64,000 nucleotides of DNA from contig OZ024741.1 in the NCBI GenBank assembly GCA_964016885.1, positions 4,464,001 through 4,528,000 of the forward strand, in the 5' to 3' direction. This DNA comes from Eledone cirrhosa (taxonomy: Eukaryota). This document shows positions 57,001 through 64,000 of the stretch, in pieces. Every line of letters begins with the position of its first letter. The stretch's first letter is position 1. The translations under genes and the position numbers were made by a program. The notes beneath the pieces were generated by a model. It had not been told where the DNA came from, did no database searches, and saw only the letters and a list, made by a program, of their open reading frames with translations.

Positions 57001-60000
57001 TATACTACCAATCTAAGACACTATACTACCAATCTAAGACACTATACTACCAATCTAAGACACTATACTACCAATCTAAGACACTATACTACCAATCTAA
57101 GACACGATACTACCAATCTAAGACACCATACTACCAATCTAAGACACTATACTACCAATCTAGGACACTATACTACCAATCTAGGACACTATACTACCAA
57201 TCTAAGACATGATACTACCAATCTAAGACACCATACTACCAATCAAACACACTATACTACCAATCAAAGACACTATACTACCAATCTAAGACACTATACT
57301 ACCAATCTAAGACACTATACTACCAATCTAAGACACTATACTACCAATCTAAGACACTATACTACCAATCTAAGACACAATACTACCAAGCTAAGACACC
57401 ATACTACCAATCTAGGACACTATACTACCAATCTAAGACACCATACTACCACTCTAAGACACTATACTACCAATCTAAGACACTATACTACCAATCTAAG
57501 ACACTATACTACCAATCTAAGACACTATACTACCAATCTAAGACACTATACTACCAATCTAAGACACTATACTACCAATCTAAGACACTATACTACCAAT
57601 CTAAGACACTATACTACCAATCTAAGACACGATACTACCACTCTAGGACACTATACTACCAATCCAAGACACCATACTACCAATCCAAGACACCTTACTA
57701 CCAATCTAAGACACCATACTACCAATCTAAGAAACCATACTACCAATCTAAGACACTATACTACCAATCTAAGACACCATACTACCAATCTAAGACACCA
57801 TACTACCAATCTAAGACTCCATACTACCAATCTAAGACTCCATACTACCAATCTAAGACACCATACTACCAATCTAAGACACCATACTACCAATCTAAGA
57901 CACCATACTACCAATCTAAGACACCATACTACCAATCTAAGATACCATACTACCAATCTAAGACACCATACTACCAATCTAAGACACCATACTACCAATC
58001 TAAGACACCATACTACCAATCTAAGACACCATACTACCAATCTAAGACACCATACTACCAATCTAGAACACTATACTACCAATCTAAGACTCCATACTAC
58101 CAATCTAAGACACGATACTACCAATCTAAGACACTATACTACCAATCTAAGACACCATGCTACCAATCTAAGACACACTACTACCAATCTAAGACACTAT
58201 ACTACCAATCTAAGATACTATACTACCAATCTAGGACACTATGCTACCAATCTAAGACACCATACTACCAATCAAAGACACCATACTACCAATCAAAGAC
58301 ACTATACTACCAATCTAAGACACTATACTACCAATCTAAGACACTATACTACCAATCTAAGACACTATACTACCAATCTAAGACACTATACTACCAATCT
58401 AGGACACCATACTACCAATCTAAGACACCATACTACCAATCTAAGACACCATACTACCAATCTAAGACACCATACTACCAATCTAAGACACCATACTACC
58501 AATCTAAGACGCCATACTACCAATCTAAGACACCATACTACCAATCTAAGACACCATACTACCAATCTAAGATACTATACTACCAATCTAAGACACTATA
58601 CTACCAATCTAGGACACCATACTACCAATCTAAGACACCATACTACCAATCTAAGACACCATACTACCAATCTAAGACACCATACTACCAATCTAAGACA
58701 CCATACTACCAATCTAAGACACCATACTACCAATCTAAGACACCATACTACCAATCTAAGACGCGATACTACCAATCTAAGACACTATACTACCAATCTA
58801 AGACGCGATACTACCAATCTAAGACACCATACTACCAATCTAAGACACCATACTACCAATCTAAGACACCATACTACCAATCTAAGACACCATACTACCA
58901 ATCTAAGACACCATACTACCAATCTAGGACACTATCCTACCAATCTAAGGCACCATATAACCAATCTAAGACATCAGACTACCAATCTAAGACACTATAC
59001 TACCAATCTAAGACACTATACTACCAATCTAAGACACTATACTACCAATCTAAGACACTATACTACCAATCTAAGACACGATACTACCAAGCTAAGACAC
59101 CATACTACCAATCTAGGACACTATACTACCAATCTAGGACACGATACTACCAATCTAAGACACCATATTACCAATCTAAGACACGATACTACCAATCTAA
59201 GACACCATACTACCAATCTAAGACACCATACTACCAATCTAAGACACCATACTACCAATCTAAGACACCATACTACCAATCTAAGACACCATACTACCAA
59301 TCTAGGACACTGTACTACCAATCTAAGACTCCATACTACCAATCTAAGACACCATACTACCAATCTAGGACACTATACTACCAATCTAAGACTCCATACT
59401 ACCAATCTAAGACACGATACTACCAATCTAAGACACTATACTACCAATCTAAGACACCATGCTACCAATCTAAGACACCATGCTACCAATCTAAGACACT
59501 CTACTACCAATCTAAGACACTATACTACCAATCTAAGACACTATACTACCAATCTAGGACACTATGCTACCAATCTAAGACACCATACTACCAATCAAAG
59601 ACACTATACTACCAATCTAAGACACTATACTACCAATCTAAGACACTATACTACCAATCTAAGACACTATACTACCAATCTAAGACACTATACTACCAAT
59701 CTAAGACACGATACTACCAATCTAAGACACCATACTACCAATCTAAGACACTATACTACCAATCTAGGACACTATACTACCAATCTAAGACACTATACTA
59801 CCAATCTAAGACACTATACTACCAATCTAAGACATGATACTACCAATCTAAGACACCATACTACCAATCAAAGACACTATACTACCAATCTAAGACACTA
59901 TACTACCAATCTAGGACACTATACTACCAATCTAAGACACTATACTACCAATCTAAGACACTATAAAACCAATCTAAGACACGATACTACCACTCTAGGA

Positions 60001-63000
60001 CACTATACTACCAATCCAAGACACTATACTACCGATCTAAGACACCTTACTACCAATCTAAGACACCATACTACCAATCTAAGACGCTATACTACCAATC
60101 TAAGACACCATACTACCAATCTAAGACACCATACTACCAATCTAAGACACCATACTACCAATCTAAGGCACCATACTACCAATCTAAGACACCATACTAC
60201 CAATCTAAGACACCATGCTACCAATCTAAGACACCATGCTACCAATCTAAGACACCATACTACCAATCTAAGACACCATACTACCAATCTAGGACACTAT
60301 ACTACCAATCTAAGACTCCATACTACCAATCTAATACTCCATACTACCAATCTAAGACACCATGCTACCAATCTAAGACACCATGCTACCAATCTAAGAC
60401 ACACTACTACCAATCTAAGACACACTACTACCAATCTAAGACACACTACTACCAATCTAAGACACTATACTACCAATCTAAGACACCATACTACCAATCT
60501 AGGACACTATGCTACCAATCTAAGACACCATGCTACCAATCAAAGACACTATACTACCAATCTATGACACTATACTACCAATCTAAGACACTATACTACC
60601 AATCTAAGACACTATACTACCAATCTAAGACACTATACTACCAATCTAAGACACTATACTACCAATCTAAGACACTATACTACCAATCTAAGACACTATA
60701 CTACCAATCTAAGACACTATACTACCAATCTAAGACACGATACTACCACTCTAGGACACTATACTACCAATCCAAGACACCATACTACCAATCTAAGACA
60801 CTATACTACCAATCTAAGACACTATACTACCAATCTAGGACACTATACTACCAATCTAAGACACGATACTACCACTCTAGGACACTATACTACCAATCCA
60901 AGACACCATACTACCAATCCAAGACACCATACTACCAATCTAAGACACTATACTACCAATCTAAGACACTATACTACCAATCTAAGACACTATACTACCA
61001 ATCTAAGACACCATACTACCACTCTAGGACACTATACTACCAATCCAAGACACCATACTACCAATCCAAGACACCTTACTACCAATCTAAGACACCATAC
61101 TACCAATCTAAGACACTATTCTACCAATCTAAGACACCATACTACCAATCTAAGACACTATACTACCAATCCAAGAAACCATACTACCAAGCTAAGACAC
61201 CATACTACCAATCTAGGACACTATACTACCAATCTAGGACACCATACTACCACTCTAAGACACTATACTACCAATCTAAGACACTATACTACCAATCTAA
61301 GACACTATACTACCAATCTAAGACACTATACTACCAATCTAAGACACTATACTACCAATCTAAGACACTATACTACCAATCTAAGACACTATACTACCAA
61401 TCTAAGACACTATACTACCAATCTAAGACACTATACTACCAATCTAAGACACTATACTACCAATCCAAGACACCATACTACCAATCCAAGACACCATACT
61501 ACCAATCTAAGACACTATACTACCAATCCAAGACACTATACTACCAATCCAAGACACCTTACTACCAATCTAAGACACTATACTACCAATCTAGGACACT
61601 ATGCTACCAATCTAAGACACCATACTACCAATCAAAGACACCATACTACCAATCAAAGACACTATACTACCAATCTAAGACACTATACTACCAATCTAAG
61701 ACACTATACTACCAATCTAAGACATTATACTACCAATCTAAGACACGATACTACCAATCTAAGACACCATACTACCAATCTAAGACACCATACTACCAAT
61801 CTAAGACACTATACTACCAATCTAAGACGCGATACTACCAATCTAAGACACTATACTACCAATCTAAGACGCGATACTACCAATCTAAGACACCATACTA
61901 CCAATCTAAGACACCATACTACCAATCTAAGACACCATACTACCAATCTAAGACACCATACTACCAATCTAGGACACTATCCTACCAATCTAAGTCACCA
62001 TATAACCAATCTAAGACATCAGACTACCAATCTAAGACACTATACTACCAATCTAAGACACTATACTACCAATCTAAGACACTATACTACCAATCTAAGA
62101 CACTATACTACCAATCTAAGACACGATACTACCAAGCTAAGACACCATACTACCAATCTAGGACACTATACTACCAATCTAGGACACGATACTACCAATC
62201 TAAGACACCATACTACCAATCTAAGACACCATACTACCAATCTAAGACACGATACTACCAATCTAAGACACCATACTACCAATCTAAGACACCATACTAC
62301 CAATCTAAGACACCATACTACCAATCTAAGACACCATACTACCAATCTAAGACACCATACTACCAATCTAAGACACCATACTACCAATCTAGGACACTGT
62401 ACTACCAATCTAAGACTCCATACTACCAATCTAAGACACCATACTACCAATCTAGGACACTATACTACCAATCTAAGACTCCATACTACCAATCTAAGAC
62501 ACGATACTACCAATCTAAGACACTATACTACCAATCTAAGACACCATGCTACCAATCTAAGACACCATGCTACCAATCTAAGACACTCTACTACCAATCT
62601 AAGACACTATACTACCAATCTAAGACACTATACTACCAATCTAGGACACTATGCTACCAATCTAAGACACCATACTACCAATCAAAGACACTATACTACC
62701 AATCTAAGACACTATACTACCAATCTAAGACACTATACTACCAATCTAAGACACTATACTACCAATCTAAGACACTATACTACCAATCTAAGACACGATA
62801 CTACCAATCTAAGACACCATACTACCAATCTAAGACACTATACTACCAATCTAGGACACTATACTACCAATCTAAGACACTATACTACCAATCTAAGACA
62901 CTATACTACCAATCTAAGACATGATACTACCAATCTAAGACACCATACTACCAATCAAAGACACTATACTACCAATCTAAGACACTATACTACCAATCTA

Positions 63001-64000
63001 GGACACTATACTACCAATCTAAGACACTATACTACCAATCTAAGACACTATAAAACCAATCTAAGACACGATACTACCACTCTAGGACACTATACTACCA
63101 ATCCAAGACACTATACTACCGATCTAAGACACCTTACTACCAATCTAAGACACCATACTACCAATCTAAGACGCTATACTACCAATCTAAGACACCATAC
63201 TACCAATCTAAGACACCATACTACCAATCTAAGACACCATACTACCAATCTAAGGCACCATACTACCAATCTAAGACACCATACTACCAATCTAAGACAC
63301 CATGCTACCAATCTAAGACACCATACTACCAATCTAAGACACCATACTACCAATCTAGGACACTATACTACCAATCTAAGACTCCATACTACCAATCTAA
63401 TACTCCATACTACCAATCTAAGACACCATGCTACCAATCTAAGACACCATGCTACCAATCTAAGACACACTACTACCAATCTAAGACACACTACTACCAA
63501 TCTAAGACACTATACTACCAATCTAAGACACCATACTACCAATCTAGGACACTATGCTACCAATCTAAGACACCATGCTACCAATCAAAGACACTATACT
63601 ACCAATCTATGACACTATACTACCAATCTAAGACACTATACTACCAATCTAAGACACTATACTACCAATCTAAGACACTATACTACCAATCTAAGACACT
63701 ATACTACCAATCTAAGACACTATACTACCAATCTAAGACACTATACTACCAATCTAAGACACGATACTACCACTCTAGGACACTATACTACCAATCCAAG
63801 ACACCATACTACCAATCTAAGACACTATACTACCAATCTAAGACACTATACTACCAATCTAGGACACTATACTACCAATCTAAGACACGATACTACCACT
63901 CTAGGACACTATACTACCAATCCAAGACACCATACTACCAATCTAAGACACTATACTACCAATCTAAGACACTATACTACCAATCTAGGACACTATACTA
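51052..64000. repeat. 21-bp tandem satellite, consensus ACTACCAATCTAAGACAC(T/C/G)AT, ~616 units, runs off the window
   Basis: Direct reading; 12.95 kb divided by 21 bp. Confidence 0.98.

Noticed and set aside
50932-62924. 709-aa and 786-aa heptad-repeat ORFs (TTNLRHY / YYQSKTL) as a repetitive protein gene
   Set aside because: The unit is stop-free in two frames by composition. Common variants are non-synonymous in both, 2-bp deletions switch frames (~52091, ~56770), and no convincing start or splice context was found.
51052-64000. Third frame (ACN ATA CTA CCA ATC TAR GAC) where common variants fall at third positions and TAA/TAG/CAA interchange, hinting at a TAR=Gln code
   Set aside because: Neighbouring RTE and PLE ORFs end at TAA/TAG and use the standard code. 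Two variable sites sharing a codon position is easily chance.
51052-64000. CRISPR array or telomeric repeat
   Set aside because: Units are head-to-tail with no unique spacers, no cas genes are present, and the context is eukaryotic. There are no TTAGG(G) arrays, only a loose TTAGATTGG resemblance.

Overview
Eukaryotic, gene-free, repeat-saturated window. The (TA)n islands, the RTE 3' ends ending in (GAT)n and the tRNA/CORE-like SINE look like an invertebrate, possibly cephalopod, genome (inference only). From 1 to about 50.3 kb it is a nested retroelement cluster in which most insertions sit in (TA)n microsatellite. It holds three RTE-clade LINE families: family A with one full-length intact 1095-aa APE-RT-PHD ORF, family B with one near-full-length copy carrying one nonsense codon, and one twin-primed fragment of family C. 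It also holds a tRNA-derived SINE that uses the family-B 3' tail, one Penelope-like element (PLE) with an RT+GIY-YIG ORF, and four divergent RT-less GIY-YIG PLE copies of Naiad-like type (two largely or wholly missed by the ORF track). Two non-coding PLE derivatives with inverted terminal repeats, two non-autonomous Helitron-like units and a mariner-like MITE complete the set. Reading the PLE terminal repeats by eye gives 12 type I hammerhead ribozyme motifs from at least 6 sequence families. These include a family with a ~110-nt rod-like stem II supported by covariation, and a family with a U3-A8 core variant. From about 51.05 kb to the window end is a 21-bp satellite (~616 units) with a ~3.05-kb higher-order repeat. 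No host protein-coding gene, rRNA, genuine tRNA or CRISPR array is supported.
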